Part shown: positions 37,353 to 51,100 of the stretch, piece by piece | Layout of the letters: every line of letters begins with the position of its first letter | Position numbering within the stretch: position 1 is the stretch's first letter | NCBI RefSeq assembly: GCF_009914755.1 | Contig: NC_060925.1 | Strand: one strand, 5' to 3' | DNA length: 64,000 nucleotides | Source: the human T2T-CHM13v2.0 reference genome, Homo sapiens | Notes under the pieces: generated by a model | What the model saw: only the letters and a program-made list of their open reading frames with translations | The model's database searches: none | What the model was told of the DNA's origin: nothing | Program-made: the position numbers and the translations under genes

Positions 37353-37690
37353 GGCTGGGTATGGTAGCTCACTCCTGTAATCCCAAGACTTCAAGAGGCC
37401 AAGGTGAGAGGATCACAAGAGCCCAAGTGTTCAAGACAAGCCTGGGCAACATGGCAAAACCCCATCTACGCATAAAATACAAAAATCAGCTGGGTTTGTT
37501 GGTGTACACCTGTAGTCTCACCTACTCAGGAAGCTGAGGCTGGAAGCTTTATTGAGCACAGGAGGTTGAGGCCATGTTTATGCCACTGCACTCCAGCCTG
37601 AGCAACACAAGGAGACCCTATCTCTCTCTCTTACTCTCTCTCTCTCTTTCACACACACACACACACACTACATATGAGCCATACACACAC
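37353..37690 (+). mobile_element. AluJ whose tail has become (CT)n(CA)n
   Basis: Dimeric Alu at 37353-37625 followed by a microsatellite. Confidence 0.9.
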
Positions 37691-37791
37691 ACGTCATACA
37701 TTCAATGATTATGTTGGCTCTTTTAAATAATTGCACACTAAAATTCATTTCATTGCAGACTGTAGGTTTAGGTATCAAAAAATAATGTTTT

Positions 37792-38804
37792 TGATAGCAG
37801 CAAGAGCAGACAAATGCCTGGGCAAAAAGGGACAGGTACCCAGTGAAACCCCACCTTCAAGCCACAGTTTAAAGCCTGAAGGCCAAACTACAAGTCAAAT
37901 CCATGGAACAGATTAAGAAACTGTCTTCCTCTTAGGTACACTTTCCTTTGATTGATCATGGGGACCCTTCACCTATTTTACGTACACCTACTATTCCCTA
38001 ATTGTTTTTACACTGCTCACCTTTGACTGGTGGCTTTGTTTTAACCTTTCTTGCATACTCACGAACGAATCAGCACACACTCCCCTATCCTGTGCCTATA
38101 AAAGCCCCAGACTCAGCCACACTGGGGAGATGACCTGACTTCAGGAGAGACGACCCAACCTTCCCAACCCCTCTCCACTGAGAGCTGTTTTGTCACTCAA
38201 TAAAATTCTCTGCCCTCGTCACTCTTCAATTATCAATATGACCTCTTTCTTCTTGGAGGCAGGACAAGAGCTAGGGACCCACTGAACACAGGTACCCAGA
38301 AAGGCTGTCACATTGGCCCTCTGCCATTAACCCTCATTGGCAGACAGCAGATGCCGCACGTGAGGGAAGCAGTGGTGGGGCTGAGCTGGTCCCAGAGCTG
38401 TGGACCAGAATGGGGCAGGGACTGACTGAGCTGCTAACACACTGCCATCTCTCAGCCTGCAGACTGTGGTACTGAAAGAGCTAATTACCATACTGTAACA
38501 CACCCTCCAGGGCTTTGGGGTCAAGAGCACCCCTCTGGGTGCAGCCACATTCCCCTCGGGGCGAGACTCCTGGTCTGGCCACAGGCACCACATGGAGCCT
38601 GCTTCTGTGTTGGCACTCAGAGTGGCCGGCCAGATGCCACTCTTGCCTGTTCACATGCTCCCTCTCGCCAGGAACTGAGTGCAGGGTCACAATGACCACG
38701 GGAGAAGCAGGCCAGAGTGCAAGCCAGATGAGGCCCAGCTGGCTGAGTAGATGGGGGCCTTCTGTTGCTAGTCCAACAAAGAGACTAAGAAAAATCCTGC
38801 ATCG
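37792..38804 (+). mobile_element. LTR27/LTR28-like ERV1 solo LTR (about 1 kb)
   Basis: tgatagcagcaagagcagacaaatgcctgggc...cctataaaagccccagactc...caataaaattctctgccctc...aaaaatcctgcatcg; tttt on both sides. Confidence 0.8.
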
Positions 38805-39874
38805 TTTTGATTTAAACTCAGCTAAGGTATTTTATAGCTCATCCTCTAGTCTTTTCCTTTTGTTAGTTAGACCTGTAGGTAATAGTACATTCAATGGGAA
38901 GTAACTGCAAAAATTTACAATTTGCAGAATATGAAGAAAACATTTTGCAGTATTCATGGTTATCTTTCATTTTTAAATAATATAAATCTTGGAGAAAAAG
39001 CTTGAACCTAATCTAAACTTTTACCACTAATAGAAAAGTAAACTGAAATACCCTAAAACTTGACTTCTAGATGCCAAATAATTTATTACACCTATCTATC
39101 TATTTTTATATTAAGTTTTTTAGTTAGGATATATATAGTGAAATGTACCCATGTTAATTTCAGTTCTGTAAGTTTTGACAAGTATATATACCTGTGTAAC
39201 CACCACTATAATTAAGCTATCAAACATTTACATCACCCAAGTGTTCCCTTGTGCCCTTTTGCAGTCAATGCCTTTCTCACACATCAACCATTGTCAACCA
39301 ATGATATTTTTTCTGGCATTGACATTGACTTTTCACATAAAATTTCACATAGAATTTCATATAAACGAAATTATATGGAAAATAACCTTACAGGCTTGAC
39401 TTCTTGCACTTTGCATAATGCTTTTGAATTTCTCCCATGCTGTTACTAATTTTTTCTTTTCTATTGCTGAGTATTATTTCATTTTGGCTATACCAAGACT
39501 CATTTATCCATTCATGAGTCAACAGACATTTTAGTGTGTCTTACATAAAGCTGCTATGATGATTCATGTCTTGTATGCAAATACTTTTTTTTAAACAAAA
39601 TTTCTCTTGGCTAAGTACTTAGGAGTGCAATTACCATCCCATTTGATATGTACCTATTCAACTTTACAAGAAACTGCCAAATTATTTTCCAAAGTAGCTG
39701 TGCCATTTTTCATTCCTGCAGGCAATGCATGAGAGTTCAAATTGTTATGCTCATCAGTATTGTATATGGATATTTATATTTGCTTCCTTTTTAGTCAATC
39801 TAGTGGCTACATAGTGCTATTTCATTTTGGTTTTGCTTTAAATTGCACTTTTATGATGTATATTATTGAATAGT

Positions 39875-40085
39875 GAAGTCGGAGAGCTTTTTTCTTAAAG
39901 GGTTAAAGAAGAAAAAAAATAAGCTTGCTGGCCATGCATTGTATCTCCAACCTACTCAACCCTGCCATTGTTGTTCAAGAACAGCCAGAGGCAATATATA
40001 AGAGAGTGGTTGTGGCTGTGATCCAATAAAAGTTTATTTACAAAAGCAGACAGCTGGCTACATAATACCTGTAGTTTGTCACACA
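39875..40085 (+). mobile_element. MER58A (hAT-Charlie MITE)
   Basis: tttttcttaaagggt...ctactcaaccctgccattg...gtggctgtgatccaataaaagtttatttacaaaagcag...gtagtttg. Confidence 0.85.
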
Positions 40086-40947
40086 CTAAATGTGGAACAT
40101 ATTTTTATGTGCTTCTTAGCAATCCATATACTTTCTTTTGTGAAAGCTCTATTAAAACTTTTGAGCATTTTTAATTGAACTTTTGCTCAATAATAAGTTT
40201 TATTAATAGTCATCGCTGAGTTTTATAACATTGCTTCAATTTAGATAGATGAGATAGATAGATAGATAATATTGTAAATGCATTTTTGAAAGCTGAGGCT
40301 TATATTTTTATTTTCTTCTTGGTATTCTGGAAAAGCAGATGTTAACATTTTTAAAGAAAAAAATACCAATTTATTTTTGTTTTATGAGTCTGTGTCACAA
40401 GTGGAATACCTTATTCTACACCAAAGTCACAATGATTTTTTCCTAACATTCCTTTTAGAATTTGTATAATTTTAACTTTTAAATGTAGGTCTAAGTGAAA
40501 TTTTTATATATAGTGTGAATGAGCAAAGTTTATTTATTCCCAAATGGATATTCAGCTGTTTTATTACTATTTGCCCGAAAAGAGCATATTTAGCTGAATA
40601 CTTTATCTTAACAACATGGTGAAATATCAATTAATCACAGATATGTAGATCTATTTCCTTTCTATTGATCCACTATGTTCACAATCTATCATTATGCCAA
40701 TAACACACTGTCTCGATTGCTGTAGATTTATATTGTCTTAATGTCAGGTAGTTAAAATCATCCAACTTTGTATCTGTTTTTCAAAATCCTTTTGACTATT
40801 ATTCACCATTTGTATTTCCATATAAAGTTTAATATTAGCTTTGCGTAATATATAAAATTCTTGCTGATATTCTGCATGAAATTTTGTTGAACCTATTGGT
40901 CAATTTCAGTAAAACTGACAATAATAAATTTTTAAATTAATAAAAAA

Positions 40948-41167
<220 letters not shown>

Positions 41168-41317
41168 AGTAATGAATTTTACAGTTTTCAAAATATATTT
41201 CTCCATTTATTTAGTTTATGTTTTGTTTCTTTTAGCAGTATTTTATATTTTGCAATGTAAAGAAAACTTGTGCACATGATTTAATACATTTAGTCTGAAA
41301 CATTGCATAATTTATTT

Positions 41318-43740
41318 GGTAATAGATTTATTGAGATTGAATTCACATGTCACAATTTGCCCATTTGAATTGTACAATTCAATGGTTTTTAGTATAGTCT
41401 CAGAGTAGTGCAACCGTCACCACAATCCACTGGAGAACAGTTTTATCACCCCAAAAGAAACCTTATGTCTTCTAGCATTGAGTCTCTAATTTCCCATATT
41501 ACACACCAGGTTACATTAAAAAAAAATACCTACTGATCCACTTTCTTTCTCTATAAATTTATCTATTCTATACACTTTCTGAAAATGGAATTATATAATA
41601 TGTGATCTTTTGTTACTGGCTTTTTTCATTCATTTAATATTTTCAAGAACCATTCAAATTTTGTGGAATGTACTAGTCAGTAATTCCTTCTTTTTCTGCT
41701 GAATAATATTTCACTTTCTGTTTATACCACATATTATTTATTGATCAGTTGATGAGCAATAAGGTGGTTTACACTTTTTGGTTATTAAACGTTTCTAAAA
41801 ACATTCATGTACAAGTTTTTGTGTGGACATATGTTTGGTGGATCACATGTTAAATTTATGTTTAACATTTTAAGGAACTGCCAGGCTGTTTCCCAAAGTG
41901 GCTGTAACATTTTACATTCTCACTGGCAATATGTGAGTTCTAATTTTTCCACATCTTTGGCAAAATATGCTATTATCTGTCTTTTTCATTATAGTCATTC
42001 TAGTAGGTGTAAAGTAGCATATTGTGGTTTTGATTTGCAATGTTATAATCTCTAATGATATTGAAGGTCTTATTCTGTGCTTGTTAATCATTTCTATATC
42101 TTCTATGGAAAAAAAATCTATTCAGATTCTTTGTTAATTTTTTAAAAATTGAGTTATTTTTAATAATGAGTTGTAAAAGCTCTTTATATATTCTGGATAC
42201 AAATTCCTCATCAAAGATATGATTTGCAAAGATGATCTTTCTTTCTGTTTTGTGCTTTTATTTTCATGCTCAGTTCTACTCCACTGAGTTGTATGTGTCT
42301 CTTTATGCGCGTACCACATTGTGTTAAGTTTTGTAGTAAACTTTGACATCAATAAGTAGAAGTTACCCAGTTTTGTTCCTTTTCATTCCCAAGATTGTTT
42401 TGGCTATTCTGGTTCCCCAGAACTTCCATATAAATTTTAGTACCAGCTTGTCAATTTCCAGAAGCCAGCTGGGATTTTGTTAGAGATTGCACTAATGCAT
42501 TAATTGTTAAAATGACAATAATAGGAAATATTGTCATTTTAACAATATTTAGTCTCTTTGCCATGTACATAGAGTGTCTTTCCATTTATTTACATTTTCT
42601 TTAACTTATTTTAACAATGTTTGGCAGTTCTAAGTGTATAAGATTCCACTTTTGCACTTTTGTTAAATTTATTGCTAAGTATTTTATTCTTTCAGATGCT
42701 ATTAAATTGGATTTTTTCCTGCAGTCTTGCTCTGTGGCCCAGACTGAAGTACAGTGGCATGATCATAACTCACTGTAAACTTGAACTCCTGGGCTCAAGT
42801 GGTTCTCCACTTTAGCCTCCTGAGCAGCTAGGACTAACACGACCAACTAAGTTTTTAGTTTGTTTGTCTGTTTATTTCTCTGTTTGTTATAGAGACACTC
42901 CTGCTATTGCCCAGGCTGGTCCCAAACTCCTGGTTTCATACCGTTTTCCTGCCTTTGGCTCCTAAAGTGTGGGGATTACCTGCCTGGCTGGGAATTATTT
43001 TCTTAATATCATTTTGAATTGTTCATTCCTGGTGTGTAAAAATATAGTTGATTATTTTATCCTGTATCCTGAAATTCTGCTGAACTAATTTATTAGTTCT
43101 CTTTGATTTTTAGTTGATTTCTTAAGTTATTCCATATGCAACATCATGACATTTATGAATTGAGATGATTTTCTTTATTCTTTTTCAATCTAGATTACTT
43201 TTTTTCTCATATTTTTACATAAATGTCCTGGCTGGCACCTCCAGTACAATGTTGAATAGAAGTCTGCAAGAATAGATATTCATGCCTTCTTCTTTTTGGA
43301 AGATCATTGAGTCATTCATTAATCACTAAGTACAAGGTGAGCTGTTGATTTTTTGTAAATCCTCTTTTTCAGATTGAGGAAGTTCCCTCCTAGTATTTAT
43401 GTGTGTGTGTGCGTGTGGTTCTAATCATGAAAATGAATCAGAGTTTGTCAAATACTTTTACTCTTTGCATCTATTGAGATGATCAAGTGGTTTTTGACCT
43501 TTGTTCTACTGATATGGTGTACTATATTAATTTTTTACATATTAAACCAATATTACATTTCTGAAATAGATCCATTTGTATATGGTGTCCACACATCTGT
43601 ATATGTTGCTTGATTCAGTGCTACTAGTATTTGACAAGGGCATTTTTGTGCGTATATTCATTCATAAAAGACATCTGTCTGTAGCTTTCTTTTTACCTGA
43701 TGTCTTTGATCTTCTTTTAATATCAGGAAAATACTAGTCT
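41318..43740 (-). mobile_element. L1MB-like 3' end plus ORF2 fragment
   Basis: tttattgagattgaattcacatg...tgtacaattcaatggtttttagtata...; ctccagtacaatgttgaatagaag. Confidence 0.8.
42712..42989 (-). mobile_element. AluJ
   Basis: catgatcataactcactgtaaacttgaactcctgggctcaag. Confidence 0.88.
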
Positions 43741-45311
43741 CATTATTATTTCTTAATGTTATTTATTAATAGACCATTTTCAAATAGAAATAATCTACGG
43801 TTTTAAGATGTCCTGAAAGCCTGACATTTTAGCATGCTTTTATTTTCTAAAAGTATGTTTTTCTTCTTGTTATCCTTGTTTATTCCTTACAATAGCTTTT
43901 TTTGTTAAATTAAAACTCAATTTGTTATGTAAATTTAATTTTTCGAAACTGAAGTAGGCATGCTACAGGATAAATTTTCTAATGACACAGAGCTCTGTGT
44001 GTGGTCACTTTTGGTATACTGCTAGAAAATATGGTGGTTTTGCACTCTGAAATTTTCTGATACAGTTTCCTTTCTCCACTTGTATCTATAATCTATCTTT
44101 TTTTTTCCACTTTTATCTGTAGCTTCTCTTTCTTTTGTTCTGTTGTTGCCTCTAATTGGCTTACTTTGATTCCATTTCAAACGATTTCTCTTCAGTTTGC
44201 TGTCCTGTCCTAGAAAACAGTTTAGCTGATCAGTTTTAAGTGTTTACTGTGACATTACAGCTCCAGCCATGGGGAACCACTATGAACTCCTTGTACTCAT
44301 CTGCTATTGGATTCGGCAAAACTACTTCCCTTTTTCAACTGTTATTTTCAAACTGGACCCCATGTTTTCCATTAAATAGCTGTTGGCTATTTAAGGATTC
44401 TCCTATTATCATGACTATCAAATACTGTATTGAGTCTCACTACTTTTTCTTTGCACATATAATATTTACATGAACGTCTTGTGGTCATTTGCCTTTTGCA
44501 CTTTTTGAGGTTCATAGGGATACCTTGTCTCTAGACTTTATTGTAAACAGTGTTCATGGGTTTTGAGTTTTACATATATAATTGCTCTCCTGTTTTTTTA
44601 ATGTTAGGATTTAGAAAACTATGCTGCAATCTTCATCTTCTCAGATTTTCTTTATTATCTCTACATGCCTTCAAACAATTGGCTAATAAAATGCTTTTCA
44701 GTCACTAATTTTGGTTCCTAAAGTTATTTTCTCATTAATTTCAATGTGATTCACCAAAGATGAATGTGATTAGTTATGGTCACTATACCAGTTAACTGTT
44801 AATATTAAGAGACATGTTTTTAAATTTTCTATGATTTATATCAATCTCAACTTTAAGAAACAGAAAATATGAGTTCTGCAGCAGTTTCAAATGGGAAGGC
44901 TTAAACTAAATGAATCACAGGCGATATCTCTGAGACCTGTATTATAAAAAATTAAGTTGGTTGTTTTCACTGTTTATATTGAAATATTAACTGAATAAAA
45001 TTGAATAAATAGTAAAAATAATTCTTATTAGCCAAATTTTGAGGATTTAACCCTGTTCCTACATATTTGAGAACTAAGCCAAGGTTCAAGTGAACTGATA
45101 GAAAATGAAGATAAAGTTCAAAATATTCTTTTAAGTTCAACAAAGAAAACACTAATGAAGGAAATAATTTTGGTATGTCTCAGGAAATATTAATGGAGTG
45201 ACAAAGTGCTTAACTATTCTATAGATAATGATTTGTCAGTATTTATTACGAGACTTAGTTTGGCCAATATAGTGACTGTAAATTGACCCTTACTGCTATG
45301 GGAAAAATAGC

Positions 45312-45552
45312 AGTCTCTCCCTGTCTCCCAGGCTGGAGTGCAGTGGTGCGATCTCGGCCCACTGCAAGCTCTGCCTCCTGGGTTCATGCCATTCTCCTGC
45401 CTCAGCCTCCTGAGTAGCTGGGACTACAGGTGCCTGCCACCAAGCCCAGCTAATTTTTTTGTATTTTTTAGTAGAGGCAGGGTTTCACCATGTTAGCCAG
45501 GATAGTCTCAATCTCCTGACCTCGTGATCCGCCTGCCTCGGCCTCCCAAAGT
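45312..45552 (-). mobile_element. AluY-like, truncated at both ends, no poly(A)
   Basis: Y diagnostics caagctctgcctcctgggttcatgccattctcc and gttagccaggat...cctcgtgatcc; stops at cccaaagt. Confidence 0.88.
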
Positions 45553-47419
45553 AGAACTAGCTAAACTTTTATTAACGTGCTCTACCTAGTTCACATTCTC
45601 ACAATTTCAAATTGAACTACATCACATCCTGAGTAGAAAATGAAGATATGAACAATATTGCAGATAAATATTAAAACTGAAGATATTAACACCCTTGCCA
45701 GTTATTTGTTGACATTTTTCACTCTTGATATTGGTGTGGTTTATTATAACATTTGGCTTAGCACCTAAGTTTGACAATGTTTTACAAAATCCATTCTTAA
45801 ATTTCTGCAGTCCTCTATCATAGCAGATGACTATCTGGTATAAGAAAAGAAAAGAAAAGTTGGTCATAAAATAAGTTAAACACTCCTCTCTTTTGTTTGT
45901 TCACTTATGAGTTATATGTGAAACACATGAGAAAAATTCATGATTTTGACAATATAAAGGAAAATAGATTTTAAAAAAGAATGTAACTGCCTGTAAATAT
46001 AAATAATAATTGGTTTCAGTAGACAAAAAATAATTCTTAAATATGATGAATAATCCAGTTGTAAAATGTGTATTATTCCTATAAGTTGGTTTGAATACAG
46101 ACGTAAACATATATGTAAAATTTAGAAGCAAAGTAGTAAACAGAAAACGCAATAAGTAGCTGCCGCTAACTCAATAAATTCTTAGAGTTGGAGATTGAAC
46201 TTGCTTTTTTGTCCCCAAGATCACATTCACTTCATCTTATGTTCATGCTTTCTCTTTTGCCAGGAAATATGTTCCAACAGATTTTGCCAACAATTTCAAT
46301 ATTTCTAAAGGTAAAAAATGAAAATATGAAAAAATAAGAAAAATATATGAATGTTACTACAGAATATATATACATAAAATATATAACAGTGTATAAAATA
46401 CATTCAAATGAAGTTTTGGCCTATAACTTATACTCAGTTTGTTACTGAATTGATCAAAGGCATCACCATGTAAAAATTACCCTCCTCTTATATTGCTGTT
46501 ATCCCATATGAGATTATATTAATATAAATGTGCATCACAATTTTAAAAAATAGAAAGATAACTTATTAAAATTCATGAGTGTTTTCTCCCTGTATGACTT
46601 CAGGCCCTGGGCATAAGGAACATGTGAATTTTCATGTCAAGGTTGAAAAATAAATCCCATTAGTATAGCAGTAATCAATTGGATGTATTTAGCAGAGAAA
46701 ATAAAAGGTTTTTTAAATACAGAATATGTCCCTCTATAAACTAATAAACATTTATTTTAGAAATATATTTTATAAACATGGAAAAAACAGGCCAAATATA
46801 ATGTGAGAATTTTTATATTGATCCATAGCAGTTTCTACTTCTGCACATTTAACCAAATGTCTTAGTTTGAAGGTAATCAGCCAAGTATAATATGTTCATA
46901 TCATATTAATATTATGCCTTATAAGTAGGGAGAAATGTAAAACAAATTTCTGGGAGTTTTTGTCCCATGTAAGGACCCCTAATAGTTAAAAGATGGAGTA
47001 CTGGGGCAAAGAATCCACTGAGATTAGATAAACAAGAAAGGTACAATAGCATTTATTTTTATAAAAGAAACAATTTTGCATGTAGCTTTATCTTTAAAAT
47101 GTGATGCTAGTTTCAGGTAATGGTCCTCAGATCTAATTTCTATTTGTTTAATCACATACTATTATTTTGCATTACCTGGCATTTTTCTTGTAAGTAGTTA
47201 TAAAATCTGCTAATGCTTCTACATGCATTTTAATAGAAAAATATTTTTTGTATTAAAAATAGAGAGCCATTTTAAAAAATAAGAATGGGTGTAGAAAAGT
47301 CAAATTAGGATAAAAAACACAAATAAGTTTTTTATGGTGAATATTTATTGCTTAAAGTATTTTGAACTATTTTACAAATCTATTACCCTTCAATACTATT
47401 CTCATGTCCAGTTTAATGC

Positions 47420-47706
47420 TGATACGGTGCAGTTAATTGAATCATGGGGGTGGTTCCCCCATCCTGTTCTCATGTTAGTGAATAAATCTCATGAGATCTG
47501 ATGGTGTTATAAATGGGAGTTCCCTTGCACCCGCTCTCTTACCTGCTGCCATGTAAGACATGCCTTTGCTCCTCCTTTGCCTTCTCCCATGATTGTGAGG
47601 TCTCCCCAGCCATGGGGAAATGTTGAGTCCATTAAACCTCTTTTTCTTTATAAACTACCCAGTCTCAGGTATGTCTTTATCAGCAGCATAAGAACAAACT
47701 AATACA
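47420..47706 (+). mobile_element. THE1C-like MaLR solo LTR with a 5' internal deletion
   Basis: tgatacggt...taattgaatcatggggg...actaataca; perfect 5-bp TSD aatgc. Confidence 0.9.
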
Positions 47707-48979
47707 AATGCTGAGGAAGAATGATGTGATTTTTTCACTCATATAGTTCCTCTTCCAGTGGTTTGGTGAAGTTGTTAGTAGCAAAGGCAGGATGAAGATT
47801 TTGTAAAGAGTGGTTCAAAAGGCATAGATTACCCTATTTGATGAAAGAATAAAAAAGTCCACTTAGGTGAAAAGCATTTTTCAACAGATATTAGCAAGTT
47901 GCTTGGCTGTTGGAGACATTATTAGGCAGGTGATGGGTATCAGTGGTCCCAGGGTTATTCTTAATGAACCCATCGGTAGTAGAAAAAATTACCCACTTTA
48001 TTGCCCATTTTAAAACTTTGACACATAAAGATAACTTCTGGATGACAGAAACTCTTGTTAGATGACAAAATATGTAGCAAGGATTATATCTTTCCAGCAA
48101 AATAAATTTATCTTTCATATTGTCATTCACAAATATTGTAAAATCTTGTATTTATTTATTAACATCTTCACATGTCCTACTTCTGAATTTCTTGAGGGTA
48201 AAGCACAATTTTAATTTCTGTTTATCTTTACATCACTTAGTACAGTGATTGGCATATAGTACACTACATATGTGTGTGTATTTAAATTAATTATGCTTAT
48301 AATTAAATTACAGAAAAAAGAAATGTTGATATCAACTCAATGCTGACATTAAATAATCATATTACTTACAATATATTTTCTTTGACATTACAAATTAAAT
48401 ATTTTGAACAATAATGGCAAACTCTGAAGGAGGGTCCAGTTTAGAAAGACTATATGAATAAAAACTTATTTGGTATGACATTTCCAAATTCTATTACTTT
48501 TTGAGATAAGTGAATGCTTTATGGCTTGAAAAAATAAGTCTCTGAATATTTTTACATTCACTTTGGCCTGCAGTGCTTTTTCAAACAGATATAAAAGCGG
48601 AATTATGCCTTTAAGCCATTAAGGTCAGGATGTAAATTTTCAACATGTCTAAATTACGGTTAGCCTATGAATAATTTCTAGACAAAGCACTTACTGAGAT
48701 GAATATCATGCCCCGGTATCTCAAAATTTCACTGAAAACAGAAAAATACACGTCAGCATGGAGTGACTCTCCATAAACATGTCAAACAAACCCAGAGAGA
48801 AACAAATAAAAGTAAGGCAGAGAAGGTATCTGTTTCTTATGAAATCATTTCTTGTGCTATGCCATAAAAATTAAAGTTATATCTTCACTATTATGTGATA
48901 TAATATATATTCAGTCAAATCATTTAAGATATCTCATTTCCCATATCAACCATTTTATAATCAGATGCCTATTTCAATC

Positions 48980-48982
<3 letters not shown>

Positions 48983-49042
<60 letters not shown>
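48983..49042. repeat. (CA)n(GA)n microsatellite
   Basis: Direct read. Confidence 0.95.
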
Positions 49043-49789
49043 TGAGAAATACGTGGTTAACATGTATTATCTAAAAAAAGCAACCTGAATTTTACACTGT
49101 TTCAATGGAACAATGGTTTTTAAGTAAATCAATGAATCATAAATATTAGAACATGCACTTACTGAGATGAAAGTGACAGATAATAATTGGCACCTGGTTG
49201 TAGCTCCTATGTGGGATTGCACAATTTCAGCATGTAATTTTCATCTTTGCCTTTAGACTCAATTTCACCACAGCATTCACAAATCAGTAGACACTTAAGG
49301 AATGATTCATTCTAACCAAACCTTGTGGCTAGTCTAGATTAGAATACAGTTCTTTGCAAGCGGAATGATAATTTTCATATATTTTCAACAGTCAAGTAAG
49401 CTATACTGAATGTCTCCTTCCTGATATCAAATCTCTTAGGTTGTTAGCCAGTAATAAGAAAGTTTAATATTAATCACACAGTCATGCTTAAAATAAATGT
49501 CATACTTTAATAATGAAGTTTAAAGCCATGTTACCTCACTTCTTTTTCTTATTTCTCCACTGCCATTTCCCTATCAAGTAAGTTGTACTCATTGTCTCAA
49601 GAGAAGTGTGGATTTAACATAAAACAAATAATTTAATCAATTGGTGAATTTTAAGTGACGGCAAATGCAATAGTATGTGATCAAACAAATTTTAATGAAT
49701 GTAAAGTTATTTTGAATAACATTAAATAATTTTAACTTTAATAATTTAAAATTTCAGTAAATTGTAAATAGAAAATATTCCCATATAAT

Positions 49790-51100
49790 TATTAGTTCTC
49801 TATTGTTAATATCTTACATTAACATGGTGCATTTATCAAAATGAGGAAACTGCCATTGACTCTTTATTATTAACTAAACTCTAAACATTATTTAAATTTC
49901 TTTTTTTTCTGGTTAACATTCTCTCTCTGTTTCAGAAATTTGTTACATGTACTCAGTCTCCTCTGATGTGTGACAGCTTCTCAATATTTTCTTTTCTTAT
50001 TTTTTCATACCTTGATAATCTTGAGGATTAATAACATAATAACCCATTTTACAGGTCACCTGTAAAATGTCCTTCAAAATGGGTTTTTCTGACAGTTTTT
50101 TCATGATTAGATTGGGGTTATAGGTTTTTGAAACGAATACAACAGAGGTGATGTGCTCTTCCCATATATCAGATTAAATATGATATGCACATGAGACCAT
50201 TAATAATTTACCACCTGTGTAAGGTAGTGTTTGCCAGGTCTCTGAAAGCTAAAGTTACTGTTTTTCTCTTTGCATACTCTCTTCTTTGGAAACAGGTCAC
50301 TAAGTCTAGGCCATCCTCAGAGGATAGTGACTGGCTGGTAATTAAGCACTTCTGGAGGGGGCAGTATCTATGTATATTATTTGGGCTTCTGCAAGGGAGG
50401 TTTTTTTTTTCTTTTTTCCTTATTTGTTTGTCTATGCAATAATTTATATAGGTTTGAGCTCACATATATATTTTATAGATTGAGTTATTGTGCAATACTA
50501 CATTATCTATCTCATTGTTCAATTTTCTCCAGCTTGACCTTTTGGAGCTCTCTCAGATTGAATCCAGTGTCCCTTTGGCATGCCCCTTCTACTTTAATTT
50601 TTGAGGACTTTGTTACCTTGTGGTTCTATTTGAGCTCAAGGCTCACTTGGCATTTTCCCTGCCTTAGCCTTAACATGAGATATTCATTCTAAGAGTGCTT
50701 GTTTTTATTGGTTGGAGAATAATTAAAAAAAAAAAAAAAGACAGGATTGAGGTTTGTTGCTCAGGCTCTGGAGTGCAGCAGCACAAGCATAGCTCACTGC
50801 AGCCTCAAACTCCTGGGTTCAAATGATCCACCTGTCTCAGACTCCTGAATAGCTCAGAGTACAGATGCACACCACCATGCCCAGCTAATTATTTATTTTT
50901 ACTTTTGGTAGCGATAGGGTCTTTATATGTTACACAAACAGGTCTCGAACTCCTGACTTCATGGGATCCTCTTGCCTCAGCTTCCCAAAGTGTTGGAATT
51001 GCAGGTATGAGCTACTGCTCCCAGCTGAGAATGGCATTTAAGTGCCAAAATCTGAGTGCTTCGTATGCTCATTATTATAGGAGCATCATTTTAAAGCAAA
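49790..51100 (-). mobile_element. L1MC-like 3' UTR fragment, interrupted by AluJ
   Basis: tattgttaatatcttacattaacatggtgcattt...attaactaaactct; aaggtagtgtttgccaggt. Confidence 0.7.
50739..51026 (-). mobile_element. AluJ
   Basis: catagctcactgcagcctcaaactcctgggttcaa; gagaat on both sides. Confidence 0.88.

Noticed and set aside
48687-49171. 17-bp direct repeat gcacttactgagatgaa at 48687 and 49155
   Set aside because: It could mimic a TSD, but the enclosed sequence has no poly(A) tail or element features; left unexplained with low support.
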